Below, piece after piece: positions 48,141-57,697 of a DNA stretch of 64,000 nt (the first letter of the stretch is position 1; every line of letters begins with the position of its first letter). This DNA is from Chthonomonadales bacterium (GTDB lineage Bacteria; Armatimonadota; Chthonomonadetes; Chthonomonadales; CAJBBX01): contig JBBIPC010000007.1 in the NCBI GenBank assembly GCA_037443035.1, positions 119,658-183,657 of the forward strand, given 5' to 3'. The notes beneath the pieces were generated by a model. That model was not told where the DNA came from. It worked only from the letters and a program-made list of their open reading frames with translations, and searched no databases. The position numbers and the translations under genes were made by a program.

Positions 48141-50587
48141 TTCTTGACCTCCTTGCCCGATTGCAGGTCTTCTATTTCGGCTCTCGTCTTGCCCTCCCAG
48201 CGACGCAGGATGAAGCTCTCGTAGATCTTCGCCTTCTCTTTGCCCTTGATATCACCTCCGAGGCCATGGCCGCCGGTTGGATCCAGCACCAGTTCCACGA
48301 GTGGCCCCTTGCCAGCCTTCAGCAGCTCCCGATAGACTTTGATCGTGTCCTGAGCCAGGACGTTAGTGTCCTCCAGACCATGCAGGAGGAGAAGATCGCC
48401 TTTGAGGTTCTTGGCGAGCTTCGTCAGCGAGTACTTGTCCAGCTCCTCTGGCTTTCCGACCTTCGCTGGACCGATGACACCGCCTGCGTACCAGTTGTTG
48501 TAGTTCTGCCACTCTGTGGGCCCAGCGCCTGCAATACCAAGCGTGAACACATCAGGAGACGTGTACATGCACATCTGCGTCTGGAATCCCCCGAACGACC
48601 AACCGTTCACGCCCACCTTCTTGCGATCTACCCCATAGGTCTCGTCCAGGTACTTCACGCAGTCCTCGAGATCCTCCACCTGTGCCTTGCCTGGTTGCTC
48701 CCAGTTGGCCTTGCCGAATACAGCGCCGTAGCCCGACGATCCCCTAGGATCAACGGTGACACACAGGTAGCCGTACTTGTACGCGAGATACATGGGGAAG
48801 AGGTAGGAGTCGTGGCCGAAGGCACCATCCACAACGGAATGTCCGGTGCCGAGGGGGCCACCGTATGTGTAGATCATGAGGGGACGCTTGTCCCCCTTCT
48901 TCCAGTTCAGAGGTTTGTGCAGGAAGCCGTAGACAGTATGCCCGTGGCGGTTCTTGAAGGAAAACAGCTCGGCCACGATCTTGTGGACCTTCTCGAACGT
49001 GCCAGGATGCGAGGCGGTGATCGCCTGCTCGTCCTTCTTGCCGATCTTCGGTATGAGATAGAGCTCCGTGAGCGAGCGCCAGGAGCCGAAGTTGACGGCA
49101 AGCTTCTCCGCGTCGTGGCTAAGAGCAGCCTCGCTGTAACTCCCCTCCTTCGAGGTCAGACGCGTCATCGTCCCGTCCGCTAGATCCACTCTATAGAGGT
49201 TCAAGCGTGCCGGATGCTCCTTGCTGCTCCGCGCAAGAAGCCACTTGCCGTCTTCCGTAAGCTTCAACGGGTACACCTCGAAATCGCCACGGGTGAGCTG
49301 CGTGGCGCCGGCCACGAGAGGGTCTATCACCCAGACATGCCGGTAGCCGCTCTGTTCCAGGAGGAGAAGAATCTTGTTTCCGTCCTTGGTATAGAACGGG
49401 TCCGTCATGCCAGGGGTAGTATGCTCGCCTTCATGGATGGTCCGATAGACGGTGGAAACCTTCTTCTCGGTGACGTCGGCGATACAGACTTCTAGCTCTC
49501 GCTTGTTCCGCTTCCAGGTGGCAAAGACGAGCTTCTTCGAATCGGGCGACCAGGGTTCCTCGTGGACGATGAATTGCCCGAGCTCGTCACCGGCAGGCCA
49601 TTTCCAGATCTCCCATGGCTTGCCCTCGTTCAGAAGGGTCGCCTTGGGGTCATCGTTGAGATCTACGATATAGGCGCGCTGTTCCGAGTTGAACGGGTCG
49701 TCCGCCACCGCACGCCCCGTCGTCTTCGCCTCGGCGAACCGTTGGCGATAGGTGAGGTAGGTGACTTCCCGATCCTTGCCGGTCTGCTTGTAGGCCGTCA
49801 GCAGAATCTTCGTCTCGTCTGGCGAGAGCCGGTAGCCCGTCATCTGCATGCCATCGGGCAAAGGTGGATTGAGCTGTACGATCTCGGGACTGTCGAACCG
49901 CATGCGAAAGATGCCGTTGCCGCGACGGAAGAAGAAGCCCTTGTCATCGCGCGTGTACTTGAGGCCCGACTCCCCGTCATCCGTCTTGGTCAGCCGTGTC
50001 GGAGCTTCCTTGCCGATGACGAAACGGTAGATGTCGCCGCGATAGGTCAGAAGCAGTTCGTCGGCTTTGTGAGCCCATTCGAACTCTCCGACCCCCGCAT
50101 ACTCCTTGAGAGGCTCCTTCCGCTCTTGCTCCTTCTTCTCATCTTCCTCTTCGAGTTTCTTCCGCTCCTCCTCCGATAGCTTCCTCCTCCGTTCGTCTTC
50201 TTCTCTGTCCTTCTTGTAGCGCTCGATGATCTCTTTGAGCTCCCGGTCGAACGGCAGGAACACTTCGGGAGAGGTCAGCCGCCTCGCTTTCTTCTCCTTC
50301 GTGTCATAGAGCCAGAGGTCGTATCCCTTGTCATCGTATGCGTTCCACAGATAGGCCAGATAGCGGTCGTCGTGCGACCAAGCCATTCCGCGGGCCCGTT
50401 TGCCGAAGAAGGACTTCCGCGGGAACAGGTCGTCCAGCTTCAGGTCCTGGCCCTTCTTCTCCTCGGCAGCTTTCTGAGCTGTCTTCGTGGCAGCGGTGCC
50501 ATCGTGTCGGGCAGCCGCGTGAACCCCGGGCCAGGAAAGTACGGTGAACACTACGACAAGACACGCAAGGGAAAGTCGCTGGTGCAT
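48137..50587 (-). CDS. Secreted S9-family (DPP IV-like) peptidase
   Basis: Signal peptide, beta-propeller, YGGP, GWSFGG, DTNV, GGHG. Confidence 0.9.
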   Translation of the reverse strand: MHQRLSLACLVVVFTVLSWPGVHAAARHDGTAATKTAQKAAEEKKGQDLKLDDLFPRKSFFGKRARGMAWSHDDRYLAYLWNAYDDKGYDLWLYDTKEKKARRLTSPEVFLPFDRELKEIIERYKKDREEDERRRKLSEEERKKLEEEDEKKEQERKEPLKEYAGVGEFEWAHKADELLLTYRGDIYRFVIGKEAPTRLTKTDDGESGLKYTRDDKGFFFRRGNGIFRMRFDSPEIVQLNPPLPDGMQMTGYRLSPDETKILLTAYKQTGKDREVTYLTYRQRFAEAKTTGRAVADDPFNSEQRAYIVDLNDDPKATLLNEGKPWEIWKWPAGDELGQFIVHEEPWSPDSKKLVFATWKRNKRELEVCIADVTEKKVSTVYRTIHEGEHTTPGMTDPFYTKDGNKILLLLEQSGYRHVWVIDPLVAGATQLTRGDFEVYPLKLTEDGKWLLARSSKEHPARLNLYRVDLADGTMTRLTSKEGSYSEAALSHDAEKLAVNFGSWRSLTELYLIPKIGKKDEQAITASHPGTFEKVHKIVAELFSFKNRHGHTVYGFLHKPLNWKKGDKRPLMIYTYGGPLGTGHSVVDGAFGHDSYLFPMYLAYKYGYLCVTVDPRGSSGYGAVFGKANWEQPGKAQVEDLEDCVKYLDETYGVDRKKVGVNGWSFGGFQTQMCMYTSPDVFTLGIAGAGPTEWQNYNNWYAGGVIGPAKVGKPEELDKYSLTKLAKNLKGDLLLLHGLEDTNVLAQDTIKVYRELLKAGKGPLVELVLDPTGGHGLGGDIKGKEKAKIYESFILRRWEGKTRAEIEDLQSGKEVKK

Positions 50588-50769
50588 TAGGACCTCTCCT
50601 CAATGAAGCGCGCAGCGGTGGGATGTCGCCGGCGTGCATACGGTATACCGCACAACCGGCTTCCGAATGTGCAGCGGCACCAAATGGACACCGCTATCAG
50701 GAAGCCGCAGGAGCTAGTCCTACGCACACTGAAACGAAGGATGTACGAAACCGATAGGAGGTCTGCACT

Positions 50770-52068
50770 ATGGGCATTGGATTGTTGATAACCGTCGGGC
50801 TGCTTCTATCCATGCGGCCGATGCAGGACAAGGAAGCTGGGGCTCCGGCGAAAGTGGGAACGGGAGGTGTTACAGTGTTTAACGTACGTGATTACGGCGC
50901 CACGGGTGACGGTAAGACTGACGACACACTGGCGATCCAGAAGGCCATGGATGCTGCTGCAGCCGCAGGCGGTGGAGAGGTGCACGTACCAGCCGGACGG
51001 TGGCTCGTGGCTGGTAGCCTCCGAGTTCCGGTGGGCGTGACGCTATCCGGCGTCGCGAAGTCCCCCATGGCCATCGCGCCACTGGTTGGCACGGTTATCT
51101 GTGCTACCGGTGGCCGGGACAACGAGGAGGCTCCAGCGCTCTTCGAGATGGGTCATTCGTCGTGCGTCACAGGTTTGACGGTCTTCTACCCAGAGCAGAA
51201 ACCCGACGATATCCACCCCTATCCCTGGACGTTCCACCTCGCGGATTTCGACAACACGGTGGAGAACGTCACCCTGATCAACAGCTACAACGGCATTCGC
51301 ATTGGCCCCGAACCGAACGTCCGCCATCGCATACGGAGCGTTGTGGGCTGCGTGCTGCGGCGCGGTATCCTCGTGGACTTCTGTACAGACATCGGCCGCA
51401 TCGAGAACGTCCAGTTCCATTGCCACTGGTGGTCATCGCCGCAGATCGGTGGCGATTGGAAGAAGGTGTATGAGTACATGTGGAGGAACTGCGAGGCGTT
51501 CATCTTCGGACGCACCGACTGGGAATACGTGACGAACACCTTCGTCTACCCCTGCAACATCGGCTACCGTTTCATTCAGACCAAGAGCGGCGCCATGAAT
51601 GGGCAGCTCTGTGGCATTGGGGCTGATTCCGCCCAGCGCTGCATTGTGGTGGACGCCATCCAGCCCATGGGCCTGCTCATCACCAACGGCCAGTTCGTCG
51701 CGTTCTGTGGCGATGATCCGATCTCCATTGTGATCAACAGCACCGCTAACGGCTCCGTCCGGTTGGTGAACTGCGCCTTCTGGGGACCGGCCATCCAGAA
51801 TGTTGTGAGCCACGGCCCTGGCTTCCTCTCGCTGAACGACTGCTACTTCAGCAGCGGTAGGACAAACCACCCTGGCCGCCCCCTGGTCGAAGTGGACGCT
51901 GGCCGCCTGCAGATCCGAGGCTGCTCCTTTGCCTCAGGAGAACCTTCTATCCACCTGAAGCAAGGCATCATCCACGCGGTCGTCACCGAAAACAACGGCC
52001 TTCTAACGATCAAGAACGAGATTGGCGAGCGGGCCATTATCCGAGAGAACGAAGGCGCGTCTCAGTAG
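50770..52068 (+). CDS. Pectate-lyase-superfamily beta-helix protein
   Basis: FNVRDYGATGDGKTDDTLAIQKA, VHVPAGRW. Confidence 0.8.
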   Translation: MGIGLLITVGLLLSMRPMQDKEAGAPAKVGTGGVTVFNVRDYGATGDGKTDDTLAIQKAMDAAAAAGGGEVHVPAGRWLVAGSLRVPVGVTLSGVAKSPMAIAPLVGTVICATGGRDNEEAPALFEMGHSSCVTGLTVFYPEQKPDDIHPYPWTFHLADFDNTVENVTLINSYNGIRIGPEPNVRHRIRSVVGCVLRRGILVDFCTDIGRIENVQFHCHWWSSPQIGGDWKKVYEYMWRNCEAFIFGRTDWEYVTNTFVYPCNIGYRFIQTKSGAMNGQLCGIGADSAQRCIVVDAIQPMGLLITNGQFVAFCGDDPISIVINSTANGSVRLVNCAFWGPAIQNVVSHGPGFLSLNDCYFSSGRTNHPGRPLVEVDAGRLQIRGCSFASGEPSIHLKQGIIHAVVTENNGLLTIKNEIGERAIIRENEGASQ

Positions 52069-52084
52069 CTCGTGAGCAGTACGT

Positions 52085-52109
52085 CGGGGACGGCACGAGT
52101 CCGTCCCCG
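52085..52109. terminator. Hairpin between convergent genes
   Basis: CGGGGACGG-N7-CCGTCCCCG perfect 9-bp stem. Confidence 0.55.
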
Positions 52110-52145
52110 CGTTCCTCCTTCGCAGGTCTCGAGCCGCAGTTTCGG

Positions 52146-53279
52146 TCAGTGACCCGTCGAGGACCGCTGCCAAGCTCGATGGCGCTGGGCCACCAACTCC
52201 AACTGCCAGGCCCGTTCGTTGTCCCAGGTAACGTTCCACGTCTTGTCCTGGCCGCCGAAGTCGTAGACCCAGAGGGCCGCCAAGGGAACGTTGCTGGCTT
52301 CCATTGCATCTAGCACCTGTCGGAAACGGGCGCGGTTCTCGGGAGTGTCGCGACCCTGCACACCGAACTCACCCACGAACAGCGGCTTGTGGGACTCGCG
52401 CGCCGCCACCATGGACTCGGCAAGTCGCGCAAGGTCGTCCGGCTCGTAGGCGTGAATACAGAGGGTGTCCATGGGGTCTGGATTGTCCCCAAGGAGCATC
52501 TCCCGGAACTGCGCAGGTGTGTCCCGTGTCCACGATCTCTCGTGCATCTGGTGCCACGCGCTGGGCCGGGGGATGCTATTGCCGGAGATGATGATCCGCT
52601 GCGGGTCATGCTTACGGACCTCGATGGCGAACTCGCGCAACGCAGTGCGGAACATGGTATGCGTAAGCTCGTCTCTCTCCGAGCGGCTGGCTGCGGTGCC
52701 TAAGCTAGGCCAGACCGGTGGTCTGTGCTCTGCGGCATTCGGCAGGTCGGCGGCAAGATTGTACTCGTTGCCGAACTCCCAGCCCCAGATGGCTGGAGAA
52801 TTGCGGTAACGCTGGACGACGTCACGCGTGTAGCGCCGCATGAATGCGACGGTGCGACACTTCGGGTCGCCCCACGAGCTGCACGGTTCCCCCACGATGT
52901 CCGGCACGGTGCACAGGTTCCAGAACAGCGACGGAATGAGCCCGATGCCGTTCCTCTCCGCTGAGCGGACGACACGATCCAGGCGCGCGAAGTACTCCCG
53001 AGAGTTCTCCCGGTAGAGCTTCATGTCTACCGGCCAGAAGCCGCCGCACATGAAGCGCGCGAAGGGAAGCCCAAGCCGCTTCATCTGCGCGAATCCTTGT
53101 TCGTAGGATGTATCGCCGGGGTCTTGCAGCGTGCGTGCGAAGCAATTGAAGTAGTTGACGCCGATCCCGCGGTACGGCTTGCCTGCCCGCATGATGATTC
53201 CGTCCCGAACGTAGAGACCTTGCGGTGCAGGCGCCAGGCTGAGGCTATTGACGAGAAGTGGTAAGAGGCAGGCTATCAT
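52146..53279 (-). CDS. GH5-family glycoside hydrolase
   Basis: GVNYF, WEFGNE acid/base, IHAY, VGEFG nucleophile; signal peptide. Confidence 0.85.
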   Translation of the reverse strand: MIACLLPLLVNSLSLAPAPQGLYVRDGIIMRAGKPYRGIGVNYFNCFARTLQDPGDTSYEQGFAQMKRLGLPFARFMCGGFWPVDMKLYRENSREYFARLDRVVRSAERNGIGLIPSLFWNLCTVPDIVGEPCSSWGDPKCRTVAFMRRYTRDVVQRYRNSPAIWGWEFGNEYNLAADLPNAAEHRPPVWPSLGTAASRSERDELTHTMFRTALREFAIEVRKHDPQRIIISGNSIPRPSAWHQMHERSWTRDTPAQFREMLLGDNPDPMDTLCIHAYEPDDLARLAESMVAARESHKPLFVGEFGVQGRDTPENRARFRQVLDAMEASNVPLAALWVYDFGGQDKTWNVTWDNERAWQLELVAQRHRAWQRSSTGH

Positions 53280-53387
53280 TGCGTCCTCCTGAGCAGGTTT
53301 GCTCGCGTATGGGGCTGCGTCTCGATGCGGCGTCTCGGCTCCAGGTTCGCCACCGCGGGTATCTGTCCTTCTCTTGGACGAGCCAGC

Positions 53388-54263
53388 TTACGTTGCCTGC
53401 TCCAAGCGTTGCACCTCTTCTCCCGCCTCGGACGCAGCATCCGCGGTCGCCTCTGACGATGCGTCCTCGAACGGCCGCAGCAGGGTCTCGGTCGGGCCAG
53501 CAGGAGGTCCCGAAGCCGGTCGCAGCAATGTGGAATCATCGGCCTCATCGGCCGGCCGCAAGAGTGTCTGGCGGTCGCGGACGCGACGAGCACTCAGGCG
53601 CATGGCAGGGAGCACATCCGCGGCTCGCTGTGCGATCCGCTGGTCCCGAATGCGTCGAACCTCGCCCGAGGCGACCCGCTCCACTACGGAAACCGATGCC
53701 TCGTCTCCCACCTGCTCGTAAGCCGAAAGGATTGCCAGGCTGAGCTCGGCACGTCGGTTCTTGAGTAGCGCCCGGTCCAGGATCCGCCGCTGTTCGGTTC
53801 CGAGCAACTCCGAGTCCGATGCGCGCAAGCGAGGGAGCATTCTAGTGAGAGCCGTCATGGCCTGTTCGACGACGTTCTTGTCATCGTATTCCAGCGCTTC
53901 GGCAATACGGCCGACGGCGCGGATGTCGTCGTACTCCGCTAACACGCGTGCGGCGTTCTTCTGCACAGCGGTCGCGGCGAACAACGCTGCTATGGAGCTA
54001 AAGACGCCGGTGAACGAACCAATGTTGGCTCCGCTGTGGGTCGCCGCCATCACCACCATCAGACACACTACGGCAGCGATCACGCCAATGCCGATATTGC
54101 GGCGCTTCCTGCGGACACGCTCCTCGTCTTCCAGCAGTTCCAAGAGGACGTCCACAGCGTTGGGGCCAAGGCGCTCCAGCTCGCGTCGCGCGGCTTCTCG
54201 CTCGGACGCCTTCTTGCTATAGAGTTTCTCGATGGTCTTCTTGTCAATCGGCGTGACTGACAT
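53388..54263 (-). CDS. Membrane HEAT-repeat protein with C-terminal TLLRP repeats
   Basis: HEAT-like helices, two central hydrophobic segments, three TLLRP copies. Confidence 0.75.
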   Translation of the reverse strand: MSVTPIDKKTIEKLYSKKASEREAARRELERLGPNAVDVLLELLEDEERVRRKRRNIGIGVIAAVVCLMVVMAATHSGANIGSFTGVFSSIAALFAATAVQKNAARVLAEYDDIRAVGRIAEALEYDDKNVVEQAMTALTRMLPRLRASDSELLGTEQRRILDRALLKNRRAELSLAILSAYEQVGDEASVSVVERVASGEVRRIRDQRIAQRAADVLPAMRLSARRVRDRQTLLRPADEADDSTLLRPASGPPAGPTETLLRPFEDASSEATADAASEAGEEVQRLEQAT

Positions 54264-54305
54264 GCCCGGTGTCCAGGAGGATTACGTGTGTGCAACCTTC
54301 GGGTT

Positions 54306-55277
54306 TCACTCAGCCCGTCGTGTGTACACGGCGGTAACCTTGTAGCTGCGAGCCAACTCGACTCCATCTTTCTCGCCAAGAACAGAGATGGCGGTCGAAA
54401 GTGCATCCGACAACTCACCTCGAGGCGCGATCACAGTCACCGACAGCCGCGAGGTCAGGCCGAGACCTGTTCGCGGATCCACGATGTGGGAGTAGCGTAC
54501 GCCTCCGATCTCCACGAACTGCTCCGTGTCTCCAGATGTCGAGACTGCCACATTGCGCAAGTGCTGCCAACGGTCCACGGGGTCAGCAGCGTTGGGTATC
54601 TCGATCTCCCATCCGAGCTTGCCCGGCGGCGGATCTCCCAAGGCGATGTCGCCACCCATCTCCACCATGGCGCTGTTCAAACCCCGTTTCCGTAGGACGT
54701 GGAGAGCAGCATCGCAAGCGAATCCCTTGGCAATGCCTCCCAGGTCCAGGCGCATCCCTGGAATCCTCAGCTCCACCTCGCGCCTGCTAGGATGCAGCAC
54801 CACGTTCCGCCACCCGACAAGCTCTAGAGCAGTCGCCCGGTCTTTCTCGGTGGGAAGCTTGCGCGTACGCCTCGCCTGCCTCCACAAAGCAACGACCGGT
54901 CCGCAAGTAACGTCGAAGGCCCCGCGGCTCCGCTCCGCCAGTTCTTGTGCTCTCGTCAGCACACGGAATAGATCGGTGCTAACCTTCACGGGTCCCTTGC
55001 CCGCACGCTCGCACAGATGCCGAAGCTCGCTGTCGGCCCGGTAGTCGCTCATGATAGCATCGAGCTTGGCTATCCTCCGAAAGGCCGCAACAGCAGCGGC
55101 GCGTGCCGCCTTCTCCTTCTGCGCATAGACCACAATGCGGGCTTGCATGCCCATGTGCACTTCGGTATACTGGAACCGTGACAGATCGCCGCCTGGGAAC
55201 CCGCCGACCAGCGCAAGAAGGCCCGGCACGATCCGCACCAAGCCGGGAGGACACACCCAACCTGTGATGGAACGCAT
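54306..55277 (-). CDS. apbE: FAD:protein FMN transferase
   Basis: HMGM, GAFDVTCGP, LDLGGIAKGF, VSTSG, YSHIVDPRTG, SDALSTA; start uncertain. Confidence 0.92.
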   Translation of the reverse strand: MRSITGWVCPPGLVRIVPGLLALVGGFPGGDLSRFQYTEVHMGMQARIVVYAQKEKAARAAAVAAFRRIAKLDAIMSDYRADSELRHLCERAGKGPVKVSTDLFRVLTRAQELAERSRGAFDVTCGPVVALWRQARRTRKLPTEKDRATALELVGWRNVVLHPSRREVELRIPGMRLDLGGIAKGFACDAALHVLRKRGLNSAMVEMGGDIALGDPPPGKLGWEIEIPNAADPVDRWQHLRNVAVSTSGDTEQFVEIGGVRYSHIVDPRTGLGLTSRLSVTVIAPRGELSDALSTAISVLGEKDGVELARSYKVTAVYTRRAE

Positions 55278-56187
55278 GAACACCTCCGCGTGCGGGAGAG
55301 CGAACCGTGCTCTCGCCACACTTCCTCTCATCGTAGCACTGACCGCAGTATTCTGCCTACAGAGCGCACCCGGTTCTTCTCAGGGAAAGGCCGCGAGCCA
55401 GCCTAAGTCGCCCCAGCCGAAGAAGCTTCAGCCAGCGGCTCCGCGCAAGTCCATTGTCGTCGAGATTCGAGGCACTACGGCCAAGATAGAGATGGTACGA
55501 GTGCCTGCGGGGACCATTGCCATAGTGGATCCACGAAAGAAAGGCGCTGTTACCACTGTGCCGGTCAAGTCCTTCTGGATCGCCAAGACAGAGCTGACGT
55601 GGGAAGCTTACGACCCCTTTGTCTACGGTCTGGCATCTTCAGGCGCAGCGTCCGAGCCCCAGGGAGCAGACGCCATCGCCCGTCCCAGCAAACCCTATAT
55701 TCCGCCGGACCTCGGCTGGGGCCACAACGGCTACCCCGTCATCAACGTCACGTATCACGCGGCCAACGAGTACTGCAAATGGCTCAGCCTTGTCACAGGC
55801 CGCAAGTTCAGGCTACCCACCGAGGCTGAGTGGGAATATGCCTGTCGTGCTGGCGCTGCTCAGCCACTCCGGCCGCAAGCTACTGCACTGAACGCCATTG
55901 CATGGTTCGAGAGCAATAGCCAGAGCACGACCCACACCGTGGCCAAGAAGAAGCCCAACTCCTGGGGACTGTATGACATGCTCGGGAATGCGGGGGAGTG
56001 GGCGACGGACCTGGCGGGGAAGCCGGTGCTCTGCGGCGGCAGCTACTGGGATCCCGCCAGCAGGGTGCACAGCGCTGCGCGCGCCTACCAGACGCCGGAT
56101 TGGAACGCTAGCGATCCACAGATGCCCAAGAGCAAGTGGTGGTTGTCGGATGGCTCCTTCGCGGGTTTCAGAGTGGTCAGCGATTGA
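55276..56187 (+). CDS. Formylglycine-generating-enzyme-fold (SUMF1/PvdO-like) secreted protein
   Basis: RLPTEAEWEYACRAG, PNSWGLYDMLGNAGEW, GGSY, GFRV; start uncertain. Confidence 0.85.
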   Translation: MNTSACGRANRALATLPLIVALTAVFCLQSAPGSSQGKAASQPKSPQPKKLQPAAPRKSIVVEIRGTTAKIEMVRVPAGTIAIVDPRKKGAVTTVPVKSFWIAKTELTWEAYDPFVYGLASSGAASEPQGADAIARPSKPYIPPDLGWGHNGYPVINVTYHAANEYCKWLSLVTGRKFRLPTEAEWEYACRAGAAQPLRPQATALNAIAWFESNSQSTTHTVAKKKPNSWGLYDMLGNAGEWATDLAGKPVLCGGSYWDPASRVHSAARAYQTPDWNASDPQMPKSKWWLSDGSFAGFRVVSD

Positions 56188-56233
56188 GCTTGTCGCACCG
56201 TACGAAAGTCTCGCATTGTGAAAGGGAGGCAAC

Positions 56234-57508
56234 ATGAGCACCAACACGAGTGACCTGTCGCGCAGAGAACTCCTCGGCGCGTCCGCCGTCGCGGCCATGA
56301 CCGCGCTCATGGCGGGTGGCAACTTCGCCTTTGCACAGGGTTCCGACACCATCAAGGTCGGTTTGATCGGCTGTGGCGGCCGAGGTACTGGCGCCGCGCA
56401 CGACTGCGCCAAGGCCGACCCGGGGGTCGTTATCTGGGCCCTTGGCGATCTGTTCGAGGATCGTCTGAGAGGATGCCGCGAGTCGGTCAAGGGCCTGGGC
56501 AAGCAGTACCAGGTCAGCGACGAGCGCTGCTTCGTTGGCTTGGATGCATATCAGAAGGTCATTGCTAGCGGGGTCGACCTGGTAATCCTGGCCACACACC
56601 CTGGCTTCCGACCTCCCCACTTCAAGGCTGCCGTCGAAGCTGGCAAGCACGTCTTCATGGAAAAGCCCGTCGGCACCGACGCCCCGGGTATTCGCACAGT
56701 CCTGGCGGCCGCTGACCGGGCGACACAGAAGAAGCTCTGTGTCGTCGCGGGCACGCAGCGGCGCCACCAGAAGAGCTATCTCGAGACCATCCAGCGTATC
56801 CACGATGGCGCTATTGGCAAGATCGTCGGCGGCCAAGTCTACTGGAACGGCGGCGGCGTTGGGGATGGCGTTCATCCCAAACAGCCGGGCCAGACCGACC
56901 TCGAGTGGATGGTGCGCAACTGGTATCAATTCGTGTGGCTCTGCGGCGACAACATCGTGGAACAGCATGTGCACAACATCGACATCGCCAACTGGGTGAT
57001 GCAGGCCCATCCGGTGAAGTGCATTGCCAACGGCGGTCGTGCCCAACGCAACGACCCGACCCGATTTCCACAGGCCTGGGATAACTTCACGGTGGACTTC
57101 GTCTACCCCGACGATATCCATGTCATGAGCATGTGCCGCCACTGGGACAACTGCCCGGGCAACGTATCGGAGCGATTCGCAGGCACCAAGGGCTTTGCCA
57201 ACCCGGGTTGGAATATCTGGGGTGAGACGTCCTGGTCGTTCAGTGGGAACAATCCCAACCCTTACGTCCAGGAGCACGTGGATCTCATCAAGGCGATTCG
57301 GTCCGGCAATCCCATCAACGAAGGGCGTCAGGTGGCCGAGAGCACCCTTACTGCGATCATGGGCCGCACAGCCGCCTACACGGGCCAAGAGATCACGTGG
57401 GAGCAGATCCTGAACTCCCAGGAGAGCCTATTCCCCGATCTGCGCGATCCCAAGGCGCCGATCCCCGTTCGCGGTCCCGCCGTTCCTGGCCGAACGAAGT
57501 TCGTCTGA
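56234..57508 (+). CDS. Tat-exported Gfo/Idh/MocA oxidoreductase
   Basis: SRRELLG; GLIGCGGRG; HVFMEKP; EQHVHNID. Confidence 0.92.
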   Translation: MSTNTSDLSRRELLGASAVAAMTALMAGGNFAFAQGSDTIKVGLIGCGGRGTGAAHDCAKADPGVVIWALGDLFEDRLRGCRESVKGLGKQYQVSDERCFVGLDAYQKVIASGVDLVILATHPGFRPPHFKAAVEAGKHVFMEKPVGTDAPGIRTVLAAADRATQKKLCVVAGTQRRHQKSYLETIQRIHDGAIGKIVGGQVYWNGGGVGDGVHPKQPGQTDLEWMVRNWYQFVWLCGDNIVEQHVHNIDIANWVMQAHPVKCIANGGRAQRNDPTRFPQAWDNFTVDFVYPDDIHVMSMCRHWDNCPGNVSERFAGTKGFANPGWNIWGETSWSFSGNNPNPYVQEHVDLIKAIRSGNPINEGRQVAESTLTAIMGRTAAYTGQEITWEQILNSQESLFPDLRDPKAPIPVRGPAVPGRTKFV

Positions 57509-57532
57509 CACGCCCGCACGCCGCCGGGTTCG

Positions 57533-57574
57533 AGAGCCCGTACCTGCACCTCCAAGGGGAGCGGTACGGGCTCT
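57533..57574 (+). terminator. Stem-loop after the oxidoreductase
   Basis: AGAGCCCGTACC-N18-GGTACGGGCTCT perfect 12-bp stem; no U-tract. Confidence 0.5.
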
Positions 57575-57623
57575 GCACATTCGCTCCTGCCTAAGTCTCC
57601 CCGCGGATTGTTGGAAATACCCC

Positions 57624-57652
57624 TTGACAAAGTGCAATCCTTGCTGTATGAT
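57624..57652 (+). promoter_or_regulatory. Sigma70 promoter
   Basis: TTGACA-N17-TATGAT. Confidence 0.85.
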
Positions 57653-57653
57653 G

Positions 57654-57683
57654 CAGTAAACGATTACTGTCTAGCGTTTACTG
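57654..57683. promoter_or_regulatory. LacI-family operator plus adjacent half-site
   Basis: CAGTAAACGATTACTG near-palindrome with central CG over the predicted start site; second half-site CGTTTACTG 14 bp downstream. Confidence 0.8.
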
Positions 57684-57697
57684 GTATTCGCTTAACT

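Noticed and set aside
55276..56187. Sulfatase-maturing FGE for the sulfatase at 17.7 kb
   Set aside because: Lacks the catalytic cysteines, appears exported and is unlinked.
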